Assembly: GCA_002633005.1 (NCBI GenBank)
Contig: NMRA01000013.1
Location: 570,347 to 634,346, forward strand
Length of the DNA stretch: 64,000 bases
Source: Phoronis australis
Lineage: Eukaryota; Animalia; Phoronida
Reading direction: 5' to 3'
Below the pieces are notes generated by a model. The model saw nothing but the letters and a program-made list of their open reading frames with translations. It was not told where the DNA came from and made no database searches. Positions 23,545 to 37,512 of the stretch are shown here, one piece after another. The number at the start of each line of letters is the position of its first letter. Position 1 is the first letter of the stretch. The translations under genes and the position numbers were made by a program.

Positions 23545-24380
23545 GTGGAACTTAAGGTCTAATTACTTATCTGTGTGATTGCTTGGTAAAATTAGTAGGT
23601 TGAAAATTGCCAAATGTTTTTAAGAAAGAGATTTGTGTCGAAAATGATTTGCCATAAATCGCTCATCCATGTCCAGTAAGTATCGTGACGTAATGTTGGG
23701 GAATAACCAGGCCTTTATGCAGCGTACGTCCTGGGCGTCCAAATAGATGGCCTAGCACTAATCTGGACGCACTGGCAAGGACGCCCAATGTATCATTTGG
23801 ACGCCCACTGTCAATAGGAACCTTTCAAGTTTGGACTCACACATTGTAATGAATACTAGGAAGCCTCTGAAGGCTCACAGTGGGGGCTTTTTTTTCAAAG
23901 CAGGAAGAAATATACAGTGCATATACAAAGTATGTGCATTGTTGCTATTTTGACACTTGATTGACAGCATTTTAAAAGTCTTGGTCTACAGTTTTTTTTA
24001 GTAAAAATGCTCACCATAGAAGGCTGTTTTCTAAACTTAGATGTAAAAACCTTGATCTATGCATTTTTTGTAAAAAAATCTGCGTTTGGGGATTTTGCTG
24101 GGAGTGAGGGGTTACACGTCGGAATCATGGACGCCCTGGAATATTGGGAACCCCATTTTGGACACCCTATTTTCAAAATCCTGGATAATGGCCTGGGAAT
24201 AACACTGCATTATGCGGCTACGTGAGCCCCCAATGTACGTCATTAGTAAAAAGGTCACGTATTTGCAGAATTTTTATTTTCACAATAACAAGTTGTCAAT
24301 GAACACAACTGCACTTTGCTTTAGAGTAGATGATGTTCAAATAGCATTGTCGTTTAGTTCATGCTATACATTAGCATAGT
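23545..24380 (+). repeat. Older dispersed repeat split by the hAT MITE at 23708-24195; uninterrupted copy at ~52480-52842
   Basis: 23545-23707 plus 24204-24380 align colinearly to 52480-52842 (e.g. attgcttggt.aaattagt; gtacgtcattagt..aaaggtcac.tatttgcagaattttt; gcattgtcgtttagttc.tg.tatacattagcatagt). Confidence 0.8.
23708..24195 (+). mobile_element. hAT MITE, copy 1 (488 bp)
   Basis: TIRs CAGGCCTTTATGCAG / CTGGATAATGGCCTG and a perfect 8-bp TSD GGAATAAC (23700-23707, 24196-24203). Confidence 0.93.
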
Positions 24381-24489
24381 TAGGAACATGCAAGCACATC
24401 TTTAAAGTCCCTATAAAATGAGCCAACTGCCTTTTAGATATGTTAAATACATGTACTTTTGTGCAACATATCTTTGTTTCGTTCTATTC

Positions 24490-26722
24490 CACACAACCAC
24501 TAACTAATTACTACGCATTTTGTGCCCCCCATATTATGTGCCCCAATCAGAAACCCCTTTTATTCTCTCGACGAATCACAGTAGACTGGCCTATTGACAT
24601 CATCGTTGAGAACGAGCAACACATTACCGCGCTAACCACAACCTGTAGTGAGCACCTGATCGGCTGCTGGGGCAGTAAAAAACAAAGTAGTTTTGCTCAA
24701 GGAACGTCACCAATTAGAAACATCACCGACGTTAGGCATCAATGTCCACTGATAATGCAATATTACTAAGCAAAACAATGGTGTCAGGCAAAGCACCCTT
24801 CGAACCGAACAGCGGCGTAGATCTCGGATAGAGTCTGCCATCGATTCACTCACGACCCACGACGAACCAATTTTCGAAGTATTTGCACCCACATAAAAGG
24901 TCTTACAACAGCTACATTTCGTACTGAATCTGACAACGGCAAACTTACCGAACTCTGTGGTGGAAAAAATACTTATTTTTCACGTAAGATGTCTTGATTA
25001 TCCACTAACAAAGTAATAAATAAATCACCGCGACATGGTCGGTACCATTTTATGCGATTGTGGCTCAGAAATGTCGTCAATTAACGGTGTGGGTGAATGT
25101 AGCCTACGTCTCTTTTTATCGCAAAAAACAAACATAAAGATGACAACCCTTGGCTGTTACTTGCCAAACGACGGTCACAACTTGTCTTGCATCAGAATGA
25201 AAGTAAGTCGACAACAAATTCTCAAGCCCTCTTTTCTGGGACAGCACGGGCGACATATATATGAGTCATCTGTCACTCACGTGTTGCAGCCAATATATCA
25301 CGTACTCCAGCGGTGAGAACGTAGAGGTGCACACCTCCCAAGTCGCACATCAAAAGAGTACGGCGGCCGTTCTAAATAAAATATTGCACTGGCTTGGCTC
25401 GATTAAGTGCTTGGGTGTTGCATATACTGGAATGCACGTGACCATAAGATGAGCGCTGATTCAACTTGAGTTTTGTGGCACATTCTTTGAAATCTAACAT
25501 CGGCCGGGAAAGGGTGCACTTACAAACCCCGCACGTGAACGTCAGGCAATACTGACGGCTTTGGGTACACTTTGGAGGCACGCACTGAAAAAAGTGTGCA
25601 GTCAGCATGTCGATGGGTTGTGCTATGACGGGAACGGCGTATTTCCCTGACTTCAAAGTATAAAATACCTTGTGCAATTGGTCTTTCAAATCGAACACTA
25701 GTTTAAATATGACGACCTATTCGCAGCGCTAACTTTGTCCTTTGTGCTCAATATTTTGTTTCCACCTCAATCGCATTTAGATTTTCCTGCAGGTCTCACT
25801 AACGGGCGTGCAGATAGCTGCGCCGGTTACGGGTTAAGTTTCGTATGCCTTTGTAAAATGCCTTTGTCTTCAAATGACGGTCCGTAGCGAGTTCCGTGAC
25901 AATTGGCCGGTAAGTTTCCCCTTCTGTTTCACTTTACTCGTATTCCTCTGGCTTGAACATACACGGCGCTAATCCATCCAAACGTTGTTCCTACATTTTC
26001 TTAATCTTCCATTTCGCAGTACTTTTCATTGAACGTCCGTCCATTGCAAGGTATTAGGCCTTTACTTTTCTAACCCAAGTGCGAAAAGTCTCGGGTCATT
26101 CTTTTTCATCGTGCTGCGAGTGAGCTTTTCGCTTCGTTAAGATGTGTAACGCCGACTTACTCCCCGACATAATCCCGTAATTATCACGGAGCGACTACAA
26201 ACAAATTTAATTCTCCGGTACACGCATTCCGCCAGGATGTCGCCGTGGGTCCGACAAATCTCCATTCATTGCAAACCTGTCCCCCAATGCACGCAGGGAC
26301 CCTGTTTGTTAAATCTGTTCGTTAAACCCGGACGTCTTTGTGAATAAGTATTTGATGTTAGACTGAGTAAGTGGTCCCCACCGAGAACGCGCTACTGTCT
26401 TTGGCGACGCTAAACTATCAAGGGACAGTGAGTTGTAGGATATTATATGCACGTGGAAGTGTCGAGATAAGTGTCGTGTAGTATTTGAGCTTGGTTGTCT
26501 CTAACAGTTGTAATTTTGAAAATCTGTGACTTGAAATATGCACCAGACACCGTAAGGTAAGCTTCCTGTGGCAACGGACTGTTCGATAGGTATTGGGTAT
26601 CAACGATGACGTCATTTCCGCCGATTAGAACGAGCGCCACCTAAAGTTTTTTTTCGGCGCTAAATGGGGTTCATGATGGGGTCGAACGATAGTAATTGGC
26701 GTAATTAGCTAATGCCAGGAGT
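24490..26722. mobile_element. ~2.2-kb CpG-rich non-coding element with degenerate inverted ends (unclassified)
   Basis: Left cactaactaattac...cccca versus right tgggg...gtaattagctaatg (inverted). Interior 24870-25370 is similar to 2580-2990. No TSD recognised. Confidence 0.4.
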
Positions 26723-27435
26723 AAAGGGAGGGATGATATGTTTGTTTCGATCAATGATACAGATATTTAACATGTTCAAAAGTCATTTGGCCGTTATGTA
26801 GGGTCTTTAAGATTGACTATCCAGAGATTTCAATATCGAATGTGCAAATCCGCCATATTTGAATTTGCTGCCGCAGTTGCATTATGGGAAATGAATGCCT
26901 CTATCGCTTGACAACCGATTGTGTGCAGTGTTGCTGGGTTTTGTGGCAACGAATGTTTAGCACAGAATAAAGTTATTTTATTTCATTTCTTATCATAAAA
27001 TTAATATTAAATGAATAACTACTGTATTATATTACAGAAATCTTTTGGAAGTGAATAAAGTCACCGTTGCCGCCCCCCAAATGCATCGACTGTGACTGTG
27101 TTCCACCAGGTGATATTATGCTCATAATCAGCTGCAATATTCTCTTCCGTATAGAAACTCTCACGCTGTTCCTAGGCATACCTACTATCCCAGAATGCAA
27201 TAGAGAGGAACTGGTGTGGGGCGTGTGCATTGAGATTTGAACATTCGCTATTGACTTGTTGGGGTGCATTGCTTTTGTCAGCCCGACATCAGTCTAGGAA
27301 TGTCTCGTGAAACCCAGGTTTGGGATGTTTTAGAATAGCATTTAGTTAGAAGGCATGGCACATTGAGTGTAAGTGCATTTTGAAACACATCTAGGAACAT
27401 AGTGATGATTTTTTTGGTTTATCAAAGTCTGATAG

Positions 27436-27520
27436 CCTATTTGTTGCTTGTTTGATGTACCCCTATTTCATATTCTAAGGGGCATTAATGTTCAAACTGC
27501 AGGTGAGTGCATATCTGCAT
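27436..27520 (+). repeat. Short dispersed repeat fragment; second copy at ~42996-43077
   Basis: gcctatttg.tgcttgtttgatgta...ctaaggg.ca..atg.tcaa is present in both. Confidence 0.55.
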
Positions 27521-29122
27521 GTTTAGATTCATATTTACACAATTCAGATGTTTTACATTTAATGTGTCGTCGACATAACAACAACACATAAATTACATTG
27601 TTTTTGAAATATGAATAATTAATCTCAGATTCACTTACTATTAACAAAAGCCTTAACAAATTTTTTAACTGGATGTATAAACAATGGATAATTAGCAGGT
27701 TGAGCTCCTTAATCCACGATATTTTGTGAGATACAAATCTACTTAGCTCTTAGAACGTATTGCAAGAACATGCTAAAGTGGAAGAGCACAAAAAAGAAAG
27801 TTCAGCAAATGCATCCATTATGATTAGGGTTGGGTATTCAACTCTTGACCAGAAATCTCATTTTGGACTTAGAGGGGATAACTAGAGCCCAGAGTGGCTC
27901 AGAATTTTAGATTGGTGGACAGTTGTAAACTATTGATTTCAATCACACACAATAGGTCTTTTGAAATTAGAAGACAATGCTAGCCTTCTCTTAGTCATTC
28001 AACTGTCCCAGTTGACATGTGCAAGCAAACACAGCTAAAAAGGATTTTGCCATATTATTACCCCCGTGAATTTGAATAGCCCAGCCCGCATTTTTACAGT
28101 TATATCCCCTGACCCCTTTTTGAACTACCCACTGGACCTGTACATATGTCTCTCATGGAGATCCCTACACTAATGAAGTAGATAGGTAATTAACAGTTAG
28201 CAAATCAAAGGCTTCAATAGTGGATGCCATGTAAAGTTGCTACAACAACAGTTCATTAGCTTTCAAGCATAAGTCACATCAACTTCGCTTATGTCACTTA
28301 TGCTACACCCAATATTTGACAGTGATAACGATGGGTTCCCTAATTCTACTATTTCGGAAAAGAGTAACCACCACTTTGATGCTGGATAAAATAACTGCAT
28401 GTGAACTCATCAAAACTGACTGACGCCAACCACTTGGCTAACTTTTTCCCACAAAATCCTCAAAATACCATGAAATGTCACAGAATTTCTAGCAAGCAAG
28501 TTTTGTCACAGAATGTCACATGGAATCCATTCTCAGTTTTGTGTAAAATAATTGAAGAGTTACTGCAATACCAAACATAATGCCCACACTTAAAAGGCTA
28601 AGCGATTTATATAGGTTGAGCCAGTGCGAGTCCATATGAAATTCATTGGCTGAAGAGACTTTATAAGAAGCATGCCACAAAACAGGCAGCTTATAAATAA
28701 AGAAGCTACGATTACATGTAAATACTGTTCAGTGCCTGCTGAGACTAATGAAAAGGCAAGTGATTAATTTCACTTTCATTTCATGGTCACAGATTTGATT
28801 TAGGATTTGATTTAACACCCTTCTGATGTAATTTCACACATTCATCTACCTTAACTGTGTGTGGTTATCCTAAGAGTTACCATAAATCAAGGGCAGGCGG
28901 AAACCTCTTTCACATAATTTACCACTTCAATTCTTGTAAATGTCCAAGTTGCATAAACAAGCACTTTTAAATAGAGCAGTGCTGCAGTGTGTGCATGGTG
29001 AAGCAATGTTCAGGGTCACCAGCTAATTGAACCAGCTTATCGACTCAGGGTCTAGGAACGATCACAACTCCAATCTCATGGACAACTGCAAGACCTAAAG
29101 AAATTCAATACCTAAAGAAGTT

Positions 29123-29430
29123 CAGGTTATGTCGGCCCTCATCAACATATCTGCACATTTAGCCAAGTATCTACAAACCTATAAAACGTAACTTAGCAAA
29201 AATGGGTATTTTCTGAGAAGTAGAAATTCTGAAGAATTTAATTTTTGACTTTTCAGAACTTTTTCTCATGAAATTGATGTCGTATTTTTTGTATTCCCTC
29301 ATGCAAAAGTGGAACAGTTTAAAAACAATTCTTACAAGAGCTTTGAGGAACAGTTTATAAACCATGATACCTGAAAGTGTCATATGAATCTGCCGTGCCA
29401 TTTCTGAGATACGATGTTCCAAGTTGGCCA
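29123..29430 (+). repeat. Old dispersed repeat, possibly Kolobok-like; inverted copy at ~56290-56665
   Basis: caggttatgtcggccctcatcaaca...ccatttctgagata...gttggccaaaat matches the reverse complement of 56300-56663. Confidence 0.65.
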
Positions 29431-30397
29431 AAATTGGGAATTTTTTTAGGGTGCTATACAACCGTACGATGAAGCTCATCTTCTTTAGGAAACCATTTCC
29501 ATTAATTTGGAATAAGTCCTTTTCTCAAATTATTTTACATTATAAGGAGGGTTCGACATTTTTCATTTATTGTTGAATTTTTAAGAAATTTTGATACTAT
29601 GTATTTTGATGTTTGCCTACTACAAAACCTGAAAAATGTGGTGTAACCAAATTATGTTTTGTTATATCCACCTAAACATTAAGTAACCTCTGGCAAAAAT
29701 GTTCAATTTAAACGGCTTACTGAAAAGCAGTCTTAATTACATTACTGACTGAATCCTTTTGATAATTGATATCAGTTTTATGTTTTAATGGTCTTAATTA
29801 TATTTCCCAGTTCACCGATTTTCTTATGTTGGCGTAAGTGAATGTTTTTTATCATATAATGTGCAATTTGATCTTTTCAAAAGCACTCCAATTTCAAGAT
29901 CACTGTTACCCAATATTGCATTTCACTAGGTGGTAATAATAACAGTTCGTGACCACAGAATTAATAGCAGTTTGATTTTGTCAACGCACCATGATCGATG
30001 ATTTACTTTTAATCTAAAAACATCGCCATGAAAACCAGAAGTAAGGTAGACTCTCACCAAATTTCAACAAAAATAATTTCTCAAATTGCCCTTTTCACAT
30101 TTTTCAAATGCTTGTAGCACTGTTGTGAAACCCATAATTTTACAAAACATTGTCTGATGGTAACCATGGTACAGAATTTGAACATGGGAAAGTATAACTT
30201 GGTGCTGTGTTCCTTTCATGGAAAAATTGAGAAAAGAACATTTCCAATGTCAGCCAAAAATGTATCCTAAATTTGTGAGATTTCACCCTACTTCATAAGA
30301 AGCCAACAATCGTGGAAACAAAAAACTATTACTAAATAGTCACATCTAACATACAGCTATTGACCATGTTACTCATAAATGCGCTCATAATCAGTGC

Positions 30398-30578
30398 CAG
30401 TTGTGGATTTAGGGGGAGGGGGGGGGGGGCAAAGGGCCNGGGGGGGGGGCAAAGGGGCCATGCCCCCCCTAAAATTATCCCAGATTCCATTTGGCAGTTC
30501 GGGGGTGTGAATGTCTGACGGGCAAAATCCTAGTACTCTGTCCTGGCCCCCTTACTCAAAATCCTGGTTCTGTCTCTG
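30398..30578. mobile_element. Small G-rich hAT-like MITE remnant
   Basis: CAGTTGTGGATTTAGG ... AAATCCTGGTTCTGTCTCTG form degenerate TIRs around G-tracts. AGTGC lies immediately on both sides. Confidence 0.55.
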
Positions 30579-31717
30579 AGTGCAGCTAATTATTTCAAAT
30601 AAGACTATTTGATTCTCAATTGTCATTTCTCTAGTTCTGGACTAAATAACACACCACAGGTAAATTATACAGCTTTTGTACAGTTTGATGACAGCTGTTA
30701 TCCTGGCATGATTCCCATATCAATGACAACATTTTAGATACTAGCATTTTGTGGAAAATCAAATATGGTAACATCTAATCAATATTGGACAAAAATGATT
30801 GCCAAAATTGATCACTTTTCATTTTTCAAAGGCTTTTAAGTTAACGTGAATGCTCCGAATTTTTAAAAACAATATCAGATGGTGGCTCTGTTACAGAATA
30901 TATAATTGAATTTACTTGGTGCTCACAAACTTTTATTTAAAAAATGAATTGAAATTTCACTCGTCCGCCATATTGTGCTCAACGACGAGACTTTACCAAA
31001 GTCAAAATTCGTGATTCACGAAAGTAGGCATTTCAGCACTGCACTTAAAATGTAAAGGTAAGCATGTGCTTGTGAGGACGGGTGGCGGAGAGCATGGACT
31101 TCGCTCTCTCAGTCTTATGAGTGGACACGCCCTGCAATTCAATCTGCGGCGTCTTAGTCTCGACCAGTAAAGCACACCGATTACAAACCAAAGCCACATG
31201 AACAGTGACTGAACTAAAACAATGGCGGATAAAAAATTTGTCCAGCAGTTCCTAAAAATTAGCCACAGAGACGGGTCTTGTGTAAGGCAAATGAAGAATT
31301 TACCATAGCCAGACATTGCAAAGATTACCTATCAATTAATGTGACATCTACTTCCCTTTTAGGAGACGCTTGATTACTCAATTCCAAGTTAGAACAAAAA
31401 TAATTACTGAACTTGCCCGTTTTTAATTGTCCTAGTGCTTCTAATATTGTACAAAATGGTCGTACTTTTTCAAAACATCTGATGGTAGTCGTGGTGCAGA
31501 ACTTGGGACATCAGGAAAAACATTAATTTGGTGCAATACATCTTACATGGATAAACATGACATAAAATTTCATTCATCCACCATATTGTGCTGTCTGGTG
31601 AAATTTTACCATACTCAGTTTTGTACAGAAGTTTGACAAAATGAAAGTCCTCATGCCTTATGAATGCTTGTAAACTACACCTCACTAACACCCATCACCT
31701 GTGGTCTGAATCTAATA

Positions 31718-33444
31718 CCGTAATCGTTCGGGTTAACGCCCATGCTCAGTTAACCGCCCACCCCCTACTTTAGGTGAATTTCGATTTAACCGCCCACTGC
31801 TCGGTTAACCGCCCCCCTGCTATTTTTGAAGATTTCCAATTAACCGCCCACTGCTCGGTTAACCGCCCATCCCCTACTTTTGACGATTGGTGATTACCGC
31901 CCTGTGCTAATAGGAAACGCGAATCCCCGACCTTTTAGATTAAGATCGATGATAACATTGAGTGCAACGACGGCCTCAGAGACCGCGGTTTAGCAATGTG
32001 AATTATGATACCAGTAACAAATTATTGTAACGGGTCATCGATTAACTTCAAAATGTAATACTTGAACACTTTGTCACTTTCTTTTCTTCTCATGTTCGCA
32101 AACTTTAGGAACCGCGCTGGCGTCTACACCTCCACTTTCAGCCACAATCTCTGCCGCACTGAGTTATCGACTACAGTGCACTATATAAAAGATGCATTCG
32201 AAATAACCAGGTCAGAGAAATGTGACATTGCTTTTGCCAACCCTCTGAATGCGCTTTAGGTTGTAAGCTCTCGGGATTTTGAAGAATTCCCATAAACCGC
32301 GAAAAGTTGATAAATTCTTTATATTTTGGTGAGTGTAATTGCCGGGTTATCGAGATCCCCGTCTTTCGAGTACTCTCGTCACGGTAATTTCGTCGCATAT
32401 AGTAAACCGGGGTTACTTACCCGAACAATTAAGGCTTCGTCTAAGAATTATTTTTACCGAGAATAGATGGTTTCATTTGCTAACAAAAGCTGCGTCTCGC
32501 AGTCGAAACGAAAACCGCAACGACGGTTGTTCAAGGTCGACACTGGAATCGGCCGACTTCTTGTTTGCTAAGTCGACCAGTAAAAACGCGAGTGTAGACA
32601 GAAACTCGTGTTTGTGTTTTGCAATGTAACTTGGTGGCAATTTTTTGAATGTAGAGTTTGTTAACAAAAAGTTTGTTATTGTATTTAGCCATTGAAAGGC
32701 CAGAGTACCGTACATGTCAACTCCACATACCGGCAACATAAACAGGCGAATCGACAGTGCATGGCAGCTGAATAGTTGAACCCGATTTCGTGATTGATTA
32801 TACATTTTTATGCTTTTTGACCATTCAGACCAGGAGTACATTCTGTTATCTCGAAATGATTTTGAACTGAAATTCGGAACTGCTGGTAGTCCTTGTCTAC
32901 GTGACCGTCAGTTAAGTTGTTTATTATGGGAGTGCACTGATCACAGGAAAAATGGGTCAGCACGTGACCACAACTGGGTTAAAACGACAGCACAGCTACC
33001 GTCTGCTACGCAGGTGAACATGTTCAACGTCTGCGAAGTATAGTGAAATAATGAGCATAATTCGCAATAATCGGTCTCACCTGAGGCGCCATATTATGTA
33101 GCAAACTTTCTATGCAAGCGTTCGGAGTTTGACCACACTCTACATTTTCGAAACTATTTGTTAATTAGAGTGCGCAGAGTACGCACTTGGTGGCGATAAA
33201 GTTCTTTTCAAAGTGTTAGGCGATCCCAGTATGTGGCTTAGTACGTGTGGTGACTCAGATCATAAGGTAAGATTAACCGCCCAGGGCGGTTGCCGGTCGT
33301 AATAAGCGCCCATGTTCAGTTAACCGCCCCCCCCCCGTTTCTTGAAATTTCACGTTTAAGCGCCCATGTCTGGTTAACCGCCCACCCCCGATTTTTTGGG
33401 TTCGCCAATTTAACCGCCCAGGGCGTTAACCCGAACGATTACGG
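31718..33444 (-). mobile_element. Tc2/pogo-like non-autonomous element, family A, copy 2 (1727 bp, inverted relative to copy 1)
   Basis: Perfect 24-bp TIRs CCGTAATCGTTCGGGTTAACGCCC and a TA TSD (31716-31717, 33445-33446). Terminal ~500 bp and ~250 bp are reverse-complement homologs of the copy 1 ends. Confidence 0.93.
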
Positions 33445-34212
33445 TACACATATGTGGTGGAAATAATTACAGGTAGGGTATCCTACCTTGGAACAAAGAT
33501 TTAGGCGCTCAATTAACTTTTTGCAGGCATACCATACTTTAGCTCTTCCAAAGCAATACCATTGTTCTTACCATTTCGTTCAATTGATAGTGGCTACAAT
33601 AAAACCCATGGAATAACTTGGCTGGCCATACTCTTTTGGTGGCTAGTGTACAATGCAAATATGAGCCTTGCCAAGCAGCCTTTTTGCCTGGGCAGTAATT
33701 CTCAAAGGTAAACATGAAACCTATTTTAAAATAAGTAGGAGTAAGTAGTCTAAAACAAACATTTTGACAAGGGTGGGTAATTATCATTTTAAACCAGGTA
33801 CCTGCTCTGATACATCATACCTGGAAATTGTTTACCTTATGTCATGGTAAAAGAATATTCCTCAATTAAACCAGTAGGTTCTACTGGATTTTCTGAAGTC
33901 ACCAAGTACAAGCAACAGCTGAGCGTTAAACGTAGGGCTTAATATTCTTCAATAATACCTTTTGCACACATTTCTTCAGGAATCACTGTATATTCATCCT
34001 TAAGTCACAGAAAAGCCGTAAGTCACCAAGTAAAAAACCCTAGTCTCAATAATCCCTTTTAACTAACAGAAATAACCAACAATCAGGTGGAAAGGGAGAA
34101 ACTTAAATACAAGAACAATTCAACATTTTTTTTCTAGAATTGCAATATGTCAACGCTTAGTAGTTGGCACAAATGCAGCAAGAATCCACCAAATACGTAA
34201 ATGCCCTCTATC

Positions 34213-34680
34213 CAGGCCTATTTATGCAGGTATGTCCTGACACTAATATGGAGGGCCTTGAGGGGGCACCCAATGTATCATTTGGACACCCACTGTCAAT
34301 AGGAACCTTTCAAGTTTGGACACGCATTGTAATGATTACTAAGAAGCCTCTGAAGGCTCACAGTGGGGGCTCTTTTTTCAAAGCAGGAAGAAATATACAG
34401 TGTATATACAAAGTATATACAATGTTGCTATGCTCACATTTGGTTGATAGCATTGTAAAAGTCTTGGTCTACACCAATTTTTTATTAAAAATGTTCACTA
34501 CAGAAATGTGTTTTGTAAACTTAGATGTAAAAACCTTGGTCTTTGCATTTTTTGTAAAACAATCTTTGTGTTTGGGGGGATTGCTAGGGGTGGGGGTTAC
34601 GCGTCGGAATTATGGACGCCCTGGAATATTGGGAACCCCATTTTGGACACCCTATTTTCGAAATCCTGGATAAAGGCCTG
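34213..34680 (+). mobile_element. hAT MITE, copy 2 (468 bp)
   Basis: CAGGCCTATTTATGCAG ... CTGGATAAAGGCCTG with a perfect 8-bp TSD CCTCTATC (34205-34212, 34681-34688); colinear with 23708-24195. Confidence 0.93.
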
Positions 34681-37404
34681 CCTCTATCGATGACTATTTC
34701 ACTTTAGCCTAGTTTTTCAAATTAAACCCCATGGGCATCATAACCCAGACGAATACGGTAAAGGCATTAAATCTTTTTTCATATCAAAATTCACTAAATT
34801 CATTGATATGGAAAACAAACTCTAATTGCACCAAGTACAGCAAAAACATAACTTCGAAAATCTGAACAAATGTTCGAAGATACAACCATCGACCTCACCT
34901 CATCCAATGATTCTATTAAGTATACAATATCTTTGCCTCACCACTGCCTAATCTGACAGAGTGGTGAGTCGTTTCCAACCCCTGGTGGAATTTGTGGTGG
35001 CCAATTAGCTGTTTGACCACATTTAAAAGCTCTAGTTCCCTGAAACACTTTTAGTAGTGCCAGAGAATAGTCAATAAATAAACAGAGCACACAGCAAAGA
35101 CAATAAAGTGAACCACTGAAGTAAGGTAAGTTAGACAACTTCCATTCTAAAATAAACCTGGTCAACAGACAGAGATTGGATGTTGTAAAACACTAATTGC
35201 TATGTAAATGTAATTAGAAGCAATTGGCCAAATACCATTAAACAACAGAAATTTTATGGATGACATACTTCAACAGGAGTACTTGGTGGATTACAAACAA
35301 CACTGGAGTCATAGTAAACAACAATTAACTAGAGAACCTTCCAACACAAGTGTATGGTTTCACAACTGGAACCAAAACACTTAGACATCCCCACACAAAC
35401 AAAAGTGTGAAGGGTTTTCTGAAATCTTCCAGAGTGAATTAAAACGATAACCAATTGCTGCATACGTTTTTAAAAAGCATAGCATTATCCAAGTTCCTGA
35501 TTCAGAACATCTTCGACGTGCACGGCAAAAAATCTCCGGAAGGCTTTAAAATGTCTAAGAAATAAGATGACTTGAAAACAAAACTTGAAACATCTTAGTA
35601 CAAAGTCCTGAATTGTGAGTTCAGGGATATAAGAAACACGGGTTTCGCAAAAATTTTGACCTATCATGAAACCATGAGACTGTTCAAAAATATTATATTT
35701 TATACTTTAATATCATGACATGTACATTTACAGTAAACAACATTTTTTGACCGATGAAATACAAGTAAAATTCCCTTCCAACCAGGGAACAATTTCTTCC
35801 GTACCAGTATTTGTTGGTAATTTTGTTCAAATGCAGAGCTGCCGGGCACCCCACCAGTGGACACCCCATCAGACTCCTGCACCCATATCAGCCCTTGTGT
35901 TTTAGCACATCCATTGTTGGTGCCATTTATTCTTTGTGTCTGACGTTACCACCAGCGGAGAAGACGTCACTGAGTGACATGTTATGACTCCCAGTAGTGG
36001 GATCACACTTGGCTGGCTTGAAGAAAAACAGTTGGTGCTTGCAGAGAAAAACTCTGCCAGCACATTCTCAGCTCAGACCAGATTCCATCACTGGATGAGA
36101 GACTTGGTTTGCACTTAAAAGCAAAGTGTTCTGATAGTACTTCTCAAGCAAATGATAAAAATTACGAGTGGCAGAAAAGGAAAGGTATGTGACTGAATCT
36201 AACTTGTTTTCTTGGCACTTGGGTGTTTTTTGTACATCCTGAGTTCACTATTGCGTGATATCCTTTAATAATGTTTCATGCTGAGCAATGTACTGCATGT
36301 AAACTCATTGTTATTGTTTGTAGATTGGTGGTATTTTCAGTGGCCTGTGCCATTTGCTGATGTTTGAAAATGTGCATTAGCGAAGGCAGTTAAGTGGCAG
36401 AAAAGTGAAGCTTTAACGTTCCTACATTATATACCGGTAGTTTTCTTTACAGGATCTTTCATGCCAATGTCGATCCGTTAATATTTTGGGGGGAGGTTAA
36501 CTTCTTGGGTCAAACTTATGATGGCAAGCTACTTCACAGTAAATAGTTGTGTCGACTCTTTGATGCAGTGCTATTGGTCTTTAGGAAGGGTCATTGTCAA
36601 TAATGACACAGCGCGTTGTGGTATAGTTGATTTTTTTCCAAATATTCACTATTCTGACACTGTAAGTACTTGTAAGTACTTAAGTTCATTTATCATCAGA
36701 CCACATATATTTACAGTAGGCTTACTTCAAATTTTAGCGCCATTGCAATAATTTTGACTCTGCAATATCAAAGTGCGATAACTTCACAAGTCACAACTGT
36801 GCAGTTTACATAGATAAGCACCCCTCTTGTACCACAGACATTTATCCATCAACCCTGCTCTCTGTCATTGCTAACTTGCGCAACCAATAGTTATCAATGG
36901 GAGCTGACAATAACTTTTGACTGAAAATTCATAATACTGAAACCCCTCCCCCCCAAGGCCCAACAGGGATTACCAATATCTAACTTTATACTTGTGGGAT
37001 GTTCTTTGATCTTTTCCTCATGAAATTAAGTTAAATTCAACTCTATTATCATGAGCCTGATCTTGAAAGTCAGCTGCTGACAGCCATGTTTTCATACAGC
37101 GAAAGTCACCACCTTTTTGGACAGACGACTTACGATTTCCATATTCTGGACAAAAAATGATGGAGAGGTACTTGCAGTTTTGGAAGGGTATTAATATCCA
37201 ATCTATTATTCACAGTAACCATTTCCAAGCTAATGCTTAGTGTACTTTTACTATCACTTAAAACATAATTGGGTTGAGCTGTTCCATTACAAGGTCACTG
37301 CCTGTAGGTCTACAGCTGTACAGTATACAGGCGATGAAGTGTCCAGTGTCACAGTTTAGTTGAAATCAAAGGGCCTTTAAATGTAAGCCTAAATTAAATT
37401 GGCG

Positions 37405-37512
37405 TAGGGCAACAGTCTGATATAACTGTCTGTATTTTGAGAATCAGTTTGATGCCTATTATTCAGTGGATAAAACTGGTTCTCAAAATTTGGGCACGTT
37501 ATATCAGACCAG
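37405..37512 (+). repeat. ~105-bp self-palindromic mini-element; inverted second copy at 38554-38662
   Basis: GTCTGATATAA...TTTTGAGAATCAGTTT...AAACTGGTTCTCAAAA...TTATATCAGAC. The asymmetric core shows the 38554-38662 copy is in the opposite orientation. Confidence 0.8.

Noticed and set aside
30412-30460. G-tracts as a functional G-quadruplex, also 13717-13770
   Set aside because: They are interior low-complexity tracts of MITEs, and the 30.4-kb tract includes an N and an apparent duplication that may be an assembly error.
33592-33720. Minus-strand AG...GTAAGA-bounded open segment (FMFTFENYCPGKKAAWQGSYLHC...) as a candidate stabilin exon
   Set aside because: The Cys pattern does not fit the expected upstream stabilin modules; probably chance. 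A spliced alignment would settle it.
34164-34673. Longest N-free ORF (169 aa) and similar ORFs at 24007-24225 and 37954-38317
   Set aside because: They lie within hAT MITE copies. The frames are not preserved between copies and no transposase motif is visible.
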